From IMG/VR virus record IMGVR_UViG_3300045988_121717: DNA of 58,909 nt; one strand, given 5' to 3'. The stretch comes from a virus. A model generated the notes under the pieces. It did no database searches. It worked only from the letters and a program-made list of their open reading frames with translations, and was not told where the DNA came from. Each line of letters starts with the position of its first letter. Position 1 is the stretch's first letter. Of this stretch, positions 1 through 8,632 are shown piece after piece. A program made the translations under genes and the position numbers.

Positions 1-50
1 CAAATATCGCAAAAAGCGCGAATTTTGTATCAGACTATCAGCATAGCATC
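1..50 (+). repeat. Terminal direct repeat, copy 1 (identical to 58860-58909)
   Basis: Exact 50-bp match, caaatatcgcaaaaagcgcgaattttgtatcagactatcagcatagcatc, at both window ends. Confidence 0.95.
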
Positions 51-168
51 GCCAACGTGTCGGAAACGTACAGGATCTCTGCATTCTGCGATTTCTTTTA
101 CGCTGAAAAAATAAGGTCGAGTCGTCCTATACATTTTACTACGAAAAAGTAATCCTTTCAAGGGTCAA

Positions 169-480
169 TCACAGGCGGTTCGCTTTTTTGACCTTCTGAA
201 TCTCGGTCAGCGGCGGTGCGATGACGACTTTCTTCATGCCTTCGTAGAGCGGCTTGGCAGCAGGGTTGTTCTTCTCAATCTCATCGGCGATGTGTCGGAG
301 GGCAAAGACGAGAAGACCAGCATCGCTCTCGGAATACGGTGTCAAGGCGCGGAGAATCAGGTCGGAGTAGTGCTGGAGGCCCTGCGTGATGAGCTTCATG
401 GCCTCCTTGGTCTTCCCTTCTGCAATGAGCTTGTTGCCCCGGTCAACGAAGCTGCTCATGCGTTTCTCAAAAATGCTCAT
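169..480 (-). CDS. Hypothetical protein (103 aa, MSIFEKRM...)
   Basis: ORF track 169-543. The internal ATG at 480 follows AAAGGAGAACCACC. The start overlaps the stop of the upstream small ORF. Confidence 0.6.
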   Translation of the reverse strand: MSIFEKRMSSFVDRGNKLIAEGKTKEAMKLITQGLQHYSDLILRALTPYSESDAGLLVFALRHIADEIEKNNPAAKPLYEGMKKVVIAPPLTEIQKVKKANRL

Positions 481-619
481 GGTGGTTCTCCTTTTTCTCG
501 ATGATGAAGTAGATGAGCTGGCAGAGAGCCAGCGCAACGGCAACGATGATGGCGGCGTAGGACAGCCAGTTCGTAAGGCTCTGGAGCATCACATCGAGCT
601 GGCACAAAAATTCGTACAT
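467..619 (-). CDS. Small membrane protein (50 aa, MYEFLCQLDVMLQSLTNWLSYAAIIVAVALALCQLIYFII...)
   Basis: Hand-translated ORF below the track cutoff. It has RBS GAGAGGAA 6 nt upstream and one clear hydrophobic helix. Confidence 0.5.
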   Translation of the reverse strand: MYEFLCQLDVMLQSLTNWLSYAAIIVAVALALCQLIYFIIEKKENHHEHF

Positions 620-631
620 GGCTGATTCCTC

Positions 632-838
632 TCAATCTTTATCGTGGCCTTTGAACTTCCGCTTCATGTTGCGGTTGGTCTCGTGGTGGGTCCAGCGGCA
701 ACAGTACGGATTCATGTTCTTGGCCTCATATTCTTCGAGCTGCTTCTTTCTGGCGGAAGACTTCTCGGCGTACTCCTCACAGTGGTCGTGGCATCCGGGA
801 TGCCGGCGGGCGCAGTCAGGCTGGCAGATGACGGCCAT
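632..838 (-). CDS. Cys/His-rich small protein (68 aa)
   Basis: ORF track. Contains CQPDC...HPGCHDHC...CC, suggesting zinc binding. Packed in the same-strand gene array. Confidence 0.55.
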   Translation of the reverse strand: MAVICQPDCARRHPGCHDHCEEYAEKSSARKKQLEEYEAKNMNPYCCRWTHHETNRNMKRKFKGHDKD

Positions 839-841
839 AGG

Positions 842-1520
842 TCACGCCCTCTTGAGCTTTCCAATGCGCCGGTCGATCTCGCTCTGGCTGAGGACAGCGA
901 TGGGAACGGAACGGTCCTTGCGGGCAAGATGTACGGCAGTCATAATCTCGCCGTAGTCATGGGGCGTAATGCCGGATACGGACAGGAACTCGGTGCGCTT
1001 GCTCTCATCGGCAACCTTCAGCTCCTCCTGCAATGCCTGTTCGACGATGCGGCAGAGCTTGTTCACGGCGTACTCGTGGTCTTCGGCATCCCATTCGAGG
1101 AACTGCCGGTAGTTGGCGAGCGATTCGTTCAGGAGCCGGGTCAGCCGATCTTTGCCGAACTTGAACGTGGTGCGGCAGGTGGCAGCCATGACAAGCCATG
1201 CAATCTTGCCGCCTTGGTCGCGGGCCATACGGAGCTGTTCTTCCCTGCGGTTGCGGGGGGGCTTTCAGAACAGGCAGCCGGATATCGAGGTCGCACAGGC
1301 CGGTCAGGTCCTTCCGCATTGCATCGGTGGCAGCTTCCCTGCCGCCGTAACGGATGGCCGTGGCGTACTTGGCCTCGAACTCCTCCATCTCATTGCAAGC
1401 CTTCATCAGCCGGTTTGCTCCGATGCCTTCGTTCTGGTGCATGGCAGCCACAATGCACCAGCAGAACACCTGCATTGCGTAGTCGCGGGCATCAATGCGC
1501 TCCTGATTGAAGTTACTCAT
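842..1520 (-). pseudogene. Two-domain gene split by a frameshift at a G7 (coding-strand C7) tract
   Basis: ORFs 1005-1550 (start MSNFNQ at 1520 after AAGGAGGA) and 842-1228 are adjacent frames meeting at the homopolymer 1255-1261. Removing one base gives a continuous ~225-aa protein with two similar halves. Confidence 0.6.
1255..1261 (+). repeat. G7 homopolymer at the frameshift point
   Basis: ttgcGGGGGGGctttc read directly from the sequence. Confidence 0.9.
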
Positions 1521-1956
1521 CTTCGTCCTCCTTATAATCATCCGGGTCAATATCGAACTTCTTCAGCCGCTTGCCGATGAACTCATCCATGGAGTCGTAG
1601 TCGAACATGACATCGCTATCATCGTACAGCGACCAAACAATGTCATCCACAACGCTCGGAGTGAGCAGGTCTTCAGGGATGCAGAAAATCTCCTTCAGCC
1701 GGAACGGAACTTCCTGCTTGATGAATCCAAGCAGCGGATGTACGTTCTCATCATCAGAGTCTTTCGTTCGCGCATTCCAGAGCTTTGCAGCCTGACCCTG
1801 TGCAATGAGCTTCGTACTATGCCATTTTTTAACGAAAACTCGCCCGCTTCTGGCTCCACAGCCAGAGCAAACGACGCGGTAGCTGTTTTCGCCAGCGTTC
1901 TCGATGTGGGCGCTTTTTCCGCAGAACGGGCATGACTTCAATTCAAAATTTGCCAT
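1513..1956 (-). CDS. Lar-family (restriction alleviation)-like zinc-ribbon protein with an acidic C-terminal extension
   Basis: N-terminus CPFCG...VVCSGCGA...AAKLWNAR matches the Lar/zinc-ribbon pattern. The C-terminal ~70 aa are very D/E-rich. Start MANFELK follows GTGAGGAGC. Confidence 0.55.
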   Translation of the reverse strand: MANFELKSCPFCGKSAHIENAGENSYRVVCSGCGARSGRVFVKKWHSTKLIAQGQAAKLWNARTKDSDDENVHPLLGFIKQEVPFRLKEIFCIPEDLLTPSVVDDIVWSLYDDSDVMFDYDSMDEFIGKRLKKFDIDPDDYKEDEDE

Positions 1957-1964
1957 AGTGCTCC

Positions 1965-2495
1965 TCACTTTCTGTCAATCAAATTCATGCACAACTCCTT
2001 GTAAACGTCACGCTGCGCACACACCATAATGTACTCGTGGTCGTCGTGGCTGCTGGAAGCCCCCCCTACGGAGATGTCGGTCTTTTCGGCGGGTGCTTCG
2101 GGGACCGCAGGAACGGTCGTGGCTGCCCTCTCCTTTTCCTTTGCGGCAGCAAGGTAGGAATCGAGGCCAAGGCTGATGAGCATACCAGTTTCGATCTCGC
2201 TCATCTCGTTCTTTGTGAGCTTGCCAACGTAGTCGTTCATGCGGAGCTTGTCAACCGTGAAGACCTGCTCGCAGATTGCGGTGGAGGGCAGACGCGCGGT
2301 TTCGATGTGGATGTGCGTGGGAAGAGGCTTCTTCTCCTTCGTAGTCAGGTAGACGACCTCCAGAGTGCTGGAATACTTGTTGTTCTGGTCGTTGCTGACG
2401 ATGATGCCGGGGCGACCGCTGTGCTGCTCACTGCAAATCTCGCAGCCTTCAGGCAGGACATAGTAAATTTCTCCGCGATAAAACATACCATTCAT
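1965..2495 (-). CDS. PemK/MazF-family toxin-like protein with a ~60-aa C-terminal extension
   Basis: RGEIYYV...CSEQHSGRPGIIVSND...PTHIHI...ICEQVFTVDKLR...G matches the MazF/PemK fold pattern. RBS AAAGGAGAA. Confidence 0.7.
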   Translation of the reverse strand: MNGMFYRGEIYYVLPEGCEICSEQHSGRPGIIVSNDQNNKYSSTLEVVYLTTKEKKPLPTHIHIETARLPSTAICEQVFTVDKLRMNDYVGKLTKNEMSEIETGMLISLGLDSYLAAAKEKERAATTVPAVPEAPAEKTDISVGGASSSHDDHEYIMVCAQRDVYKELCMNLIDRK

Positions 2496-2515
2496 AGTTC
2501 GGTTCTCCTTTCAAT

Positions 2516-3124
2516 TCAGTGCAAGATGTAGCTCTTGCCGTTGTAGGTGATGATGTACTGGCCATACACGCGGCCATCTTCACGGCGGATTGCGTGGCGA
2601 ACATTGAGCTTCGCGCGGTTCGGGTGCTTGGTTCCTGCAATGCGGCGGACATATCGTTCGGCGGCATGGATGGCATTGTCGCCGGTCATGTCGTCCTTGG
2701 AGACGACGTAATAGCCTTTCTGCGCTCTGCGGGCAACCCTGACGTTACTTGCTGAAATGGCCTCATCGCGGTTTCCGAACCATACTGCATAGCCATTCCG
2801 CTTACAGATCTCGTAGAACTCCCGGCGGTACACGACATCGAGGCGGTTGTTCCAGATGGTTCCCGCTGCATTCTCAGGCGGCTGATTTGCACCGATGGTG
2901 CTCCGGGTGCTGCCTACGATGATTTCGTAACCATCGTTGAAGAAGTCATCCTTGCAGAAGAAGCTCTGGAGCAGGATGCGGATGACATTCTTCCCATCAT
3001 TCAGGTCTACGCGGGCAATCTCGCACTGGCTGCCGCCCATGGTGGCAGTGTTGAAGGTGTACCCGGCCTTGAGGTAGCCAGCCACGATTTCAGTGAACTG
3101 GCGGTTGATGTCTGCGTACTTCAT
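2516..3124 (-). CDS. Hypothetical protein (202 aa)
   Basis: ORF track 2516-3154. Start MKYADIN follows GGAGGGGAG. Confidence 0.6.
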   Translation of the reverse strand: MKYADINRQFTEIVAGYLKAGYTFNTATMGGSQCEIARVDLNDGKNVIRILLQSFFCKDDFFNDGYEIIVGSTRSTIGANQPPENAAGTIWNNRLDVVYRREFYEICKRNGYAVWFGNRDEAISASNVRVARRAQKGYYVVSKDDMTGDNAIHAAERYVRRIAGTKHPNRAKLNVRHAIRREDGRVYGQYIITYNGKSYILH

Positions 3125-3138
3125 GTACTCCCCTCCTA

Positions 3139-3462
3139 TCAGTAGCAGATGCAACGAATCATCTTCTTGATGGCCTCGTCCAACGGGCAGTTCAGGAACG
3201 GCATCTCATTGTCGGTCACAATTTCGCTCTCCATGGTGTCACCGTTCTCGTCCTTGGCATGAATCCAGCATCCGTTGCCGGTATCTTCAAGCTCGACCGT
3301 GTAGTACGGTTCAGGCTGGTTGCAGTATTCGAGGTAACTCCAGAAGATGCGAACTTTGGTCCTTTCGATGGATTCGACAGACCACTCCCATTTGATGCTT
3401 TTTTCGTCGGCCTCAGCTACCAAGCTGTGAATCAGGTCCTTGTGCTCACGCAGGTCAAACAT
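3139..3462 (-). CDS. Hypothetical protein (107 aa)
   Basis: ORF track 3139-3468. The ATG at 3462 lies 7 nt after GAGGAGG. Confidence 0.6.
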   Translation of the reverse strand: MFDLREHKDLIHSLVAEADEKSIKWEWSVESIERTKVRIFWSYLEYCNQPEPYYTVELEDTGNGCWIHAKDENGDTMESEIVTDNEMPFLNCPLDEAIKKMIRCICY

Positions 3463-3464
3463 AT

Positions 3465-3713
3465 TCATTCCTCCTCAAAATCCACTTCGTCGTCAGGCAC
3501 TTCGTAGTCGGCATCGGGGTCGTTGTACTTGCACTCGCTGAAGCTGTCCTCGTCGATATTACCGAACGTGTAGCCGCTGTCGTTGTTCAGGTAGATGGGC
3601 AGGTCGCCATCGAACTGGCTCAGGAAGTCGATCATCTCGGAAACGGTCATCGTCTTGCCGCACTGGTCAGGGTCATAGCCGTTCCGACGGCCTTCAATGT
3701 ACAGAACGTTCAT
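3465..3713 (-). CDS. Hypothetical acidic protein (82 aa)
   Basis: ORF track. RBS GGAGGAA 7 nt upstream. Confidence 0.6.
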   Translation of the reverse strand: MNVLYIEGRRNGYDPDQCGKTMTVSEMIDFLSQFDGDLPIYLNNDSGYTFGNIDEDSFSECKYNDPDADYEVPDDEVDFEEE

Positions 3714-3728
3714 TGCTTTTCCTCCGTA

Positions 3729-3896
3729 TCAGCCAAAATACTTGCTTGCGAACTGAGCCTTGCTGAGTGTCTTCATATCGTAGACGTACTCAACAGCATC
3801 GGCGACATCCATGTCCGCGCCGGTGACGAGCTCATTTACCAGACCGGTGAAGTTGTGCTCGCGGATATAGGACTTCATAGCTTCGAGATTTTTCAT
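3729..3896 (-). CDS. Small hypothetical protein (55 aa, MKNLEAMKSYIREHNF...)
   Basis: Hand-translated. RBS CAGGAGGGAA upstream. First gene after promoter module 1. Confidence 0.5.
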   Translation of the reverse strand: MKNLEAMKSYIREHNFTGLVNELVTGADMDVADAVEYVYDMKTLSKAQFASKYFG

Positions 3897-3940
3897 TGCA
3901 ATTCCCTCCTGTTTTTTACGGTGGTATGTTGTTTTCTGTA

Positions 3941-4010
3941 ATTATATTATCGCACAGGGGGCTTGCTTTTGTCAATCGAAAAATCTACGGTTTTACATAT
4001 TTTTTTACCA
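3941..4010 (-). promoter_or_regulatory. Early promoter module 1 (-35 TTGACA, TGC-GATAAT extended -10, upstream CGTAGATTTTTCG motif and A-tract)
   Basis: Minus strand reads aaaaaaatatgtaaaaccgtagatttttcgaTTGACAaaagcaagccccctgTGcGATAATat. It is one of four similar modules. Confidence 0.65.
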
Positions 4011-4062
4011 TTACAGTAAATACAGTCAACGTGTGAGACAATCGCACGATGACTGTATATCG

Positions 4063-4497
4063 TTATGCTTCCGATGCCTTTTTCTTGAAGATTCGTTCAA
4101 GGCGGTGTAGATTGGCGTAGGCAATGGCATCAGCAGATGCTCGACGAAGCCTGTCCAGAATGGCTTCGTCCTTCCTCAGATCACGGACGTACTCCTCCGG
4201 CGGGTTTCTGAGGTCTTCCTGCTCAGACAGGATGACCTCGTTCGCATGGCGGCAGAACTCAACGACCTGCCAAATCTTGTTGACATCCTCGCCGGAGTCC
4301 TCGTCAGTGCTCTGGTTGTCGTGGATGCGCAGGACTTCGCAGTCGAGCCTGTCGTCAAATCGGTGGAGTAGACAGAAATCAGAGCCTTCGAGATAGCCAA
4401 GCATGATCTCGGCCTCGATTGGCTTCAATTTCAGGCCATAGCTCTCGTCGGCGATTGCAATGAACAGTTCGGGCGTTTTTACGATGTCCATGTTCAT
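4063..4497 (-). CDS. Hypothetical protein (144 aa)
   Basis: ORF track 4063-4605. Start MNMDIVK at 4497 overlaps the upstream stop (ATGA coupling). Confidence 0.6.
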   Translation of the reverse strand: MNMDIVKTPELFIAIADESYGLKLKPIEAEIMLGYLEGSDFCLLHRFDDRLDCEVLRIHDNQSTDEDSGEDVNKIWQVVEFCRHANEVILSEQEDLRNPPEEYVRDLRKDEAILDRLRRASADAIAYANLHRLERIFKKKASEA

Positions 4498-4820
4498 TTT
4501 TCCTCCGGCGGCTTGGGCAACGGCATCCAGAACGGAACGTCCACAGGGTGAAAAATTGCATTCTCCCAATATGTGATGCCGACGTGCTTGACCGCGGCTC
4601 CCCAAACAATGATTCTTCCGAGTCTGTCAGCATCAGCTTCTGTCGGCGGGTCATACTTGGAATTTCTCCAGCATTGACCGGCCACTTCCTGCGGGGTAGC
4701 TTCTGGCTGGGTGTCGATATAGTTCTCAACATCCCGTAATGCGTGGATATGGCCTACCTTCATACCCATGCGCAGGAACTCTTTCAGCATCTCAGCTTCA
4801 AGATACCGTTTCTTACTCAT
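4494..4820 (-). CDS. DUF551-like phage protein (108 aa)
   Basis: The C-terminus W...PP...WMPLPKPPEE resembles the DUF551 pattern. Coupled to the upstream gene. Confidence 0.5.
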   Translation of the reverse strand: MSKKRYLEAEMLKEFLRMGMKVGHIHALRDVENYIDTQPEATPQEVAGQCWRNSKYDPPTEADADRLGRIIVWGAAVKHVGITYWENAIFHPVDVPFWMPLPKPPEEK

Positions 4821-5494
4821 AAGGCGTCGTCCTCCTCTGCCTCAGCAACGTAGCACCAGCTCTGCGGAGGGCGTTTCAGATAGCACCCTTCAATGGCGCA
4901 TTCTGGCGGCTGCATCCAACTGTCGGATGGCATATAATTCTCGCATTCCGTGTTTCCACAAATATTCGTTCCGTTCATGCTTTGAAAATTGAAGCGGACG
5001 AACTCGTGCAGATTGCGGGGCTTATCGTAGATTTTGAGGTTGGAAATATGCCAGCAGTACGCATCGTGGCAGTCAGCCAAACGCATCCACCCTTTCCAGC
5101 CCGCGTAGGCCTCTACCTGCTGCGCTGTAAGGCAACTTCCAAAAATCCTTTCTTCGAGATTTCCCGGAATAGAGCTTGTAAGCGGCGTAATTCTATCAAT
5201 ATCGTCGCAGGTGAACTCCCCAATAACCATCTGGGTCTTATCACGAACACTATCCGGCAGGTACTTATCACACTTCAAAAATACAGGCTTTCCGTGGTGG
5301 ATTTCTCCGTCCACCGTTTCTTCGCCATCCTTGAAAATGGTGATAAGATGCTGCGGAGCTTTCGTGCAGTAGATGTACGCCTTGAACGGCGTTTCCAACT
5401 TCGGACGGGTCTTGCGCACCTCAATAGTTTTCTTGCCAAGCACGATGAGGTCGCACCACTTAGGCTTGATGCTGATTAGGACAGCTTTATCCAT
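4817..5494 (-). CDS. ASCH (PUA-like) domain protein with a Cys-rich C-terminus
   Basis: N-terminus AVLISIKPKWCDLIVLGKKTIEVRKTRP matches the ASCH pattern. RBS GAGGAGGAAG. Confidence 0.65.
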   Translation of the reverse strand: MDKAVLISIKPKWCDLIVLGKKTIEVRKTRPKLETPFKAYIYCTKAPQHLITIFKDGEETVDGEIHHGKPVFLKCDKYLPDSVRDKTQMVIGEFTCDDIDRITPLTSSIPGNLEERIFGSCLTAQQVEAYAGWKGWMRLADCHDAYCWHISNLKIYDKPRNLHEFVRFNFQSMNGTNICGNTECENYMPSDSWMQPPECAIEGCYLKRPPQSWCYVAEAEEDDAL

Positions 5495-5786
5495 TTTCTA
5501 CTTCCTCCTCTGGCGATTCAGGGTAGGGCATCCATGCAAAAATGTCATCACCATCGTAAATTCGGTCCCAGACATATTTCCATCGGTAGACCGTTTTACC
5601 TCGAATGACAGCACGTTCATAAATCATCGGGCCGGACTTCTTGCTGCCTTTTTTAGCTGCTATCACAGATACATGAGCCCATGATTTTTCATCGCCCGGA
5701 ATATCGGGCATTCTGTCAGCAGTTCTTACCCACTGATTTCCAAGCTCAACCGTGGGAGCTTCGCTCGCAATGTCAGCCATTTCCAT
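5487..5786 (-). CDS. DUF551-like phage protein (~99 aa)
   Basis: ORF track 5487-5912. Internal start MEMADI follows AAAGGTGGTG. C-terminus ...IFAWMPYPESPEEE. Confidence 0.5.
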   Translation of the reverse strand: MEMADIASEAPTVELGNQWVRTADRMPDIPGDEKSWAHVSVIAAKKGSKKSGPMIYERAVIRGKTVYRWKYVWDRIYDGDDIFAWMPYPESPEEEVENG

Positions 5787-6090
5787 CACCACCTTTCGCC
5801 TGACGCTTGAACTCGGAGGCATCAACGACAATGCTGTCGGTACGGCTGTAAATGGTGTCGGCAAGTGCCTTTCCGTTGGGGCCAAGCATAGACTCAAGCG
5901 CATTGACAGCAACCTTCATGGCGACAATAACGAACGGCAAGTCGTCAAACGGATAGCTCTGGGCAAACTCAAGAGCACCATTGCCCATTTCGGCAAGAGC
6001 GTGACCAATGACGTCGTGTGCCTCATCGCTTTTGCCAGCCAGAATTGCAAACTGCACCTGCGTGTTGTAGGGAACTTTCTTCTTGTTCAT
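5773..6090 (-). CDS. Hypothetical protein (105 aa)
   Basis: ORF track. RBS GGAGG 9 nt upstream. Confidence 0.6.
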   Translation of the reverse strand: MNKKKVPYNTQVQFAILAGKSDEAHDVIGHALAEMGNGALEFAQSYPFDDLPFVIVAMKVAVNALESMLGPNGKALADTIYSRTDSIVVDASEFKRQAKGGDGNG

Positions 6091-6105
6091 AGTCTCAAAC
6101 CTCCA

Positions 6106-6357
6106 TCAAAGATACTGTGCCATGTGCTCCTCGAATCTGTCGCGGTTGCCATTGCACAGGTGAATTAGCCATTCGGACGAGAGTGCGAAAAACAGATGCC
6201 AGATGATAGCTTCGTATACGGCGGATGACACGACCAAATCATGGTGGATGCAGTAGGCGGTCCAGAGGGCGTAGAGCTGCTGCCTGTTCTTCTCGCAGGT
6301 CGGGTCATTGTCCTTCGTGAATGCCACGATGGCGCAATATTCGGTGTTTTCATCCAT
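6106..6357 (-). CDS. Hypothetical protein (83 aa)
   Basis: ORF track. RBS GAGAGGATG. Overlaps the upstream stop. Confidence 0.55.
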   Translation of the reverse strand: MDENTEYCAIVAFTKDNDPTCEKNRQQLYALWTAYCIHHDLVVSSAVYEAIIWHLFFALSSEWLIHLCNGNRDRFEEHMAQYL

Positions 6358-6565
6358 TCAAGTCACATCCTCTCAGCCAGTCAAAGCAGGCTTCTTTCGA
6401 GTCGAACTCCTCTGTCCATGCATCATGCGTCGTGTTGTCGATACCGATGTATTTCTCGCCATCTTTGAGCCAATAGAGGCCGTCATCGACCTCGTGAGAG
6501 TGCATAATGATGAAAAACGCATCTTTCTCAGTAATCTCGGTAATCAAAGAGTCAGTGCGAGTCAT
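6350..6565 (-). CDS. Hypothetical protein (71 aa, MTRTDSLITEITEKD...)
   Basis: Internal start of ORF 6350-6817, following TTGGAGGCGG. Confidence 0.55.
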   Translation of the reverse strand: MTRTDSLITEITEKDAFFIIMHSHEVDDGLYWLKDGEKYIGIDNTTHDAWTEEFDSKEACFDWLRGCDLNG

Positions 6566-7193
6566 CCAAACCGCCTCCAATCTTGTAGGTCTTGCTCTGC
6601 TCCTTGCCGGTCCCTTTTCGGTATTCGGCAATCCAGACGGTCTTCCCGCTCCTGTAATGCCGGAAGTGGCCGCGAACAGTGAAGGAGCAGCTTGGGCTTG
6701 CGTGGTGGCCTTTGGGAGCCACAGAGAGCCGCTTTCCAGACGAGTGAAGGATGTAAGTAGTGCCGACAGGATTCCACCTTGTAGAGCGTTTGTGGCCGGT
6801 GTGAGTTTTCGGCTCATGCTCCGCTTCGGTGGCAGCAGGAGCTTCGGATGCGCCGTAGGCCATCAGGGCCATCAAGGAGCCGTACACGGTCAAAGCACCC
6901 TGTTCGGTTTCGGCTGGGTTGCAATCAGCAGGGAGCGTACTCGCTTTCTTCTTCCACAAGCCGTTGCCGAGCGGTGCGAAGACAACGTGGCCGAGCTTCC
7001 GAGTCGGACCGTCGAGGTAGAACTTCAGCTTCTTGTCGGAGCGGAAGCACTTGATGGAGATACCGCTCTCGACAATCTGGATTTTCACCTCTCGCAGAGG
7101 AACCGGCATCGAACGAACCAAATCGTTGTGTTCATCTCGCCATGCGAGGAGCTTTTCGATGTCCGCTGCCGTGACAACGATTCTGTCCATCAT
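6552..7193 (-). CDS. Hypothetical protein (213 aa)
   Basis: ORF track. Start coupled to the upstream stop. Confidence 0.6.
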   Translation of the reverse strand: MMDRIVVTAADIEKLLAWRDEHNDLVRSMPVPLREVKIQIVESGISIKCFRSDKKLKFYLDGPTRKLGHVVFAPLGNGLWKKKASTLPADCNPAETEQGALTVYGSLMALMAYGASEAPAATEAEHEPKTHTGHKRSTRWNPVGTTYILHSSGKRLSVAPKGHHASPSCSFTVRGHFRHYRSGKTVWIAEYRKGTGKEQSKTYKIGGGLDDSH

Positions 7194-7471
7194 CGTGCAT
7201 CCCTCCCAACAAAGATACCGGCGTAGAGCTTGTCGCCGATCAGGTAGTGGTAGAACTCATGGCCTTTCGGAATAGCTTTCTGTGTGATTCCTGCTGGACG
7301 CAGGACGAGCGGATGACCGGCAACGTGGATGACGTACTCACCGTTCGGGACGAGACCGGTCATCCATGTTTCGATAGGCGTTGCGGACGCAAGCCCCCGG
7401 CCAAAGCAGCAAATCGCGGTGGTCGGCTCCATGCTCATCGTGAACATGGAGAGCTGTTCGTAGCAGCTCAT
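7190..7471 (-). CDS. Hypothetical protein (93 aa)
   Basis: ORF track 7190-7504. Start MSCYEQL has an ATGA overlap with the upstream gene. Confidence 0.55.
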   Translation of the reverse strand: MSCYEQLSMFTMSMEPTTAICCFGRGLASATPIETWMTGLVPNGEYVIHVAGHPLVLRPAGITQKAIPKGHEFYHYLIGDKLYAGIFVGRDAR

Positions 7472-7620
7472 TTTGCCACAGCCTTTTTGATGGTGAGCTT
7501 CCACTCAGGTCCGAAGGCCATGCGGTACTCAGCGAGCATCTTTAGAGCTTCGGACCGGGTGTCAAACTCGTCGATGTCCTCCCACGGCTGGCCGGGATAT
7601 TTACCCCTGATTTTGTACAC
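7468..7620 (-). CDS. Small hypothetical protein (50 aa, VYKIRGKYPGQPWEDIDEF...)
   Basis: GTG start 6 nt after GGAGGTGG, within ORF 7468-7650. Confidence 0.5.
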   Translation of the reverse strand: MYKIRGKYPGQPWEDIDEFDTRSEALKMLAEYRMAFGPEWKLTIKKAVAK

Positions 7621-8260
7621 TGAAGCCCACCTCCTTGACAGCCGTGCCATTCGTGTCGCACCAGACTTCCTTGTTGCCGAGCTTACGTTTGACGTAGCCC
7701 TTTACAACGTGCATTTGGTAGTCCTCCTCGGCCTGCGGGTCGTGCCACTGCAAGCCACGAGCTTTGTACAACGGCTTCCAATGCTCCTCATAGAAGCTGT
7801 ATCCAGCTCCGTCGATTCCGAAGAAATAGCCGAACTCCTCAGATTCGTAAATGCGGAAGCCGCAGTCGGACATCACCCTGATGCCATCGTCTTCCTCAAG
7901 CCACCAATCATCTGCGGAATCGCCGAACGACCACATCGTTCCCCACATAGGGAGTACCCCGTCGTATTCGACTTCAAAGTCGTCAGCTTCAGCAGATACG
8001 AGCTTTCCATCATCCAGCTCGATGCAGTACAGCTCGCTTTCGCCGTTGTAGCTCTTGACTTCTCCCTCATGCGTGGTGCTGTCAACCTCATCAGGGATTT
8101 CGTAAACATACACCCGGTCGCCGGTGCTGGGCTTGGTGACCTCAGCCCAGTCATCGGGGTTCATTCCCATCAGTTTCTCAATCATCCCCTGCGGGATGGC
8201 GTTCATTTCGTGCACCCATGCTTCAGTAGCATCGCGCACAGTCCGATACTCAACGGTCAT
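7601..8260 (-). CDS. Hypothetical protein (219 aa), acidic and Trp-rich
   Basis: ORF track. RBS GAGGAGGAA. Confidence 0.6.
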   Translation of the reverse strand: MTVEYRTVRDATEAWVHEMNAIPQGMIEKLMGMNPDDWAEVTKPSTGDRVYVYEIPDEVDSTTHEGEVKSYNGESELYCIELDDGKLVSAEADDFEVEYDGVLPMWGTMWSFGDSADDWWLEEDDGIRVMSDCGFRIYESEEFGYFFGIDGAGYSFYEEHWKPLYKARGLQWHDPQAEEDYQMHVVKGYVKRKLGNKEVWCDTNGTAVKEVGFSVQNQG

Positions 8261-8273
8261 AGCAAATTCCTCC

Positions 8274-8498
8274 TCAGTCTCCGATGCTCAAGTATTCGGA
8301 GTAAACGGTGTCATCTTCCTCGCAGTAGTAATAGCTGCGGTCGCCGTAGGCTTCCTGATCGAGAAAGATGAAGACAAGTTTCTTGCCGCTCCGCGCGGCA
8401 TCAATGGCAGTCGGGAGAGACTTGTACTTGTGCGTCTTCAGAAACTCAAGGAGAGCGTCTTTCGACGGAAGTACGGAGTTCGAGGCGTTGTCGTCCAT
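8274..8498 (-). CDS. Hypothetical protein (74 aa)
   Basis: ORF track 8274-8531. The ATG at 8498 lies 6 nt after GGAGGA. First gene after promoter module 2. Confidence 0.5.
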   Translation of the reverse strand: MDDNASNSVLPSKDALLEFLKTHKYKSLPTAIDAARSGKKLVFIFLDQEAYGDRSYYYCEEDDTVYSEYLSIGD

Positions 8499-8564
8499 AT
8501 CAATTCCTCCATTTTCAAAGTCCAAAATCACTCTTGCAGGTAACGAGGTTGTTGATTTTGGTAA

Positions 8565-8632
8565 CTTTATCTTCGCACAGATGCCGACCGTTTGACAAGC
8601 AAATGGTCTATGATTTCACAGATTATTTTTCG
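8565..8632 (-). promoter_or_regulatory. Early promoter module 2 (-35 TTGTCA, TGC-GAAGAT -10, diverged upstream motif)
   Basis: Minus strand reads gcgaaaaataatctgtgaaatcatagaccatttgcTTGTCAaacggtcggcatctgTGcGAAGATaaagttacc, colinear with modules 1, 3 and 4. Confidence 0.55.

Noticed and set aside
1-50. The 50-bp terminal direct repeats as attL/attR of an integrated prophage.
   Set aside because: The integrase is a large serine recombinase, which generates only a very short core identity. No host sequence is present outside the repeats, so a circular-assembly overlap or terminal redundancy is the simpler explanation.
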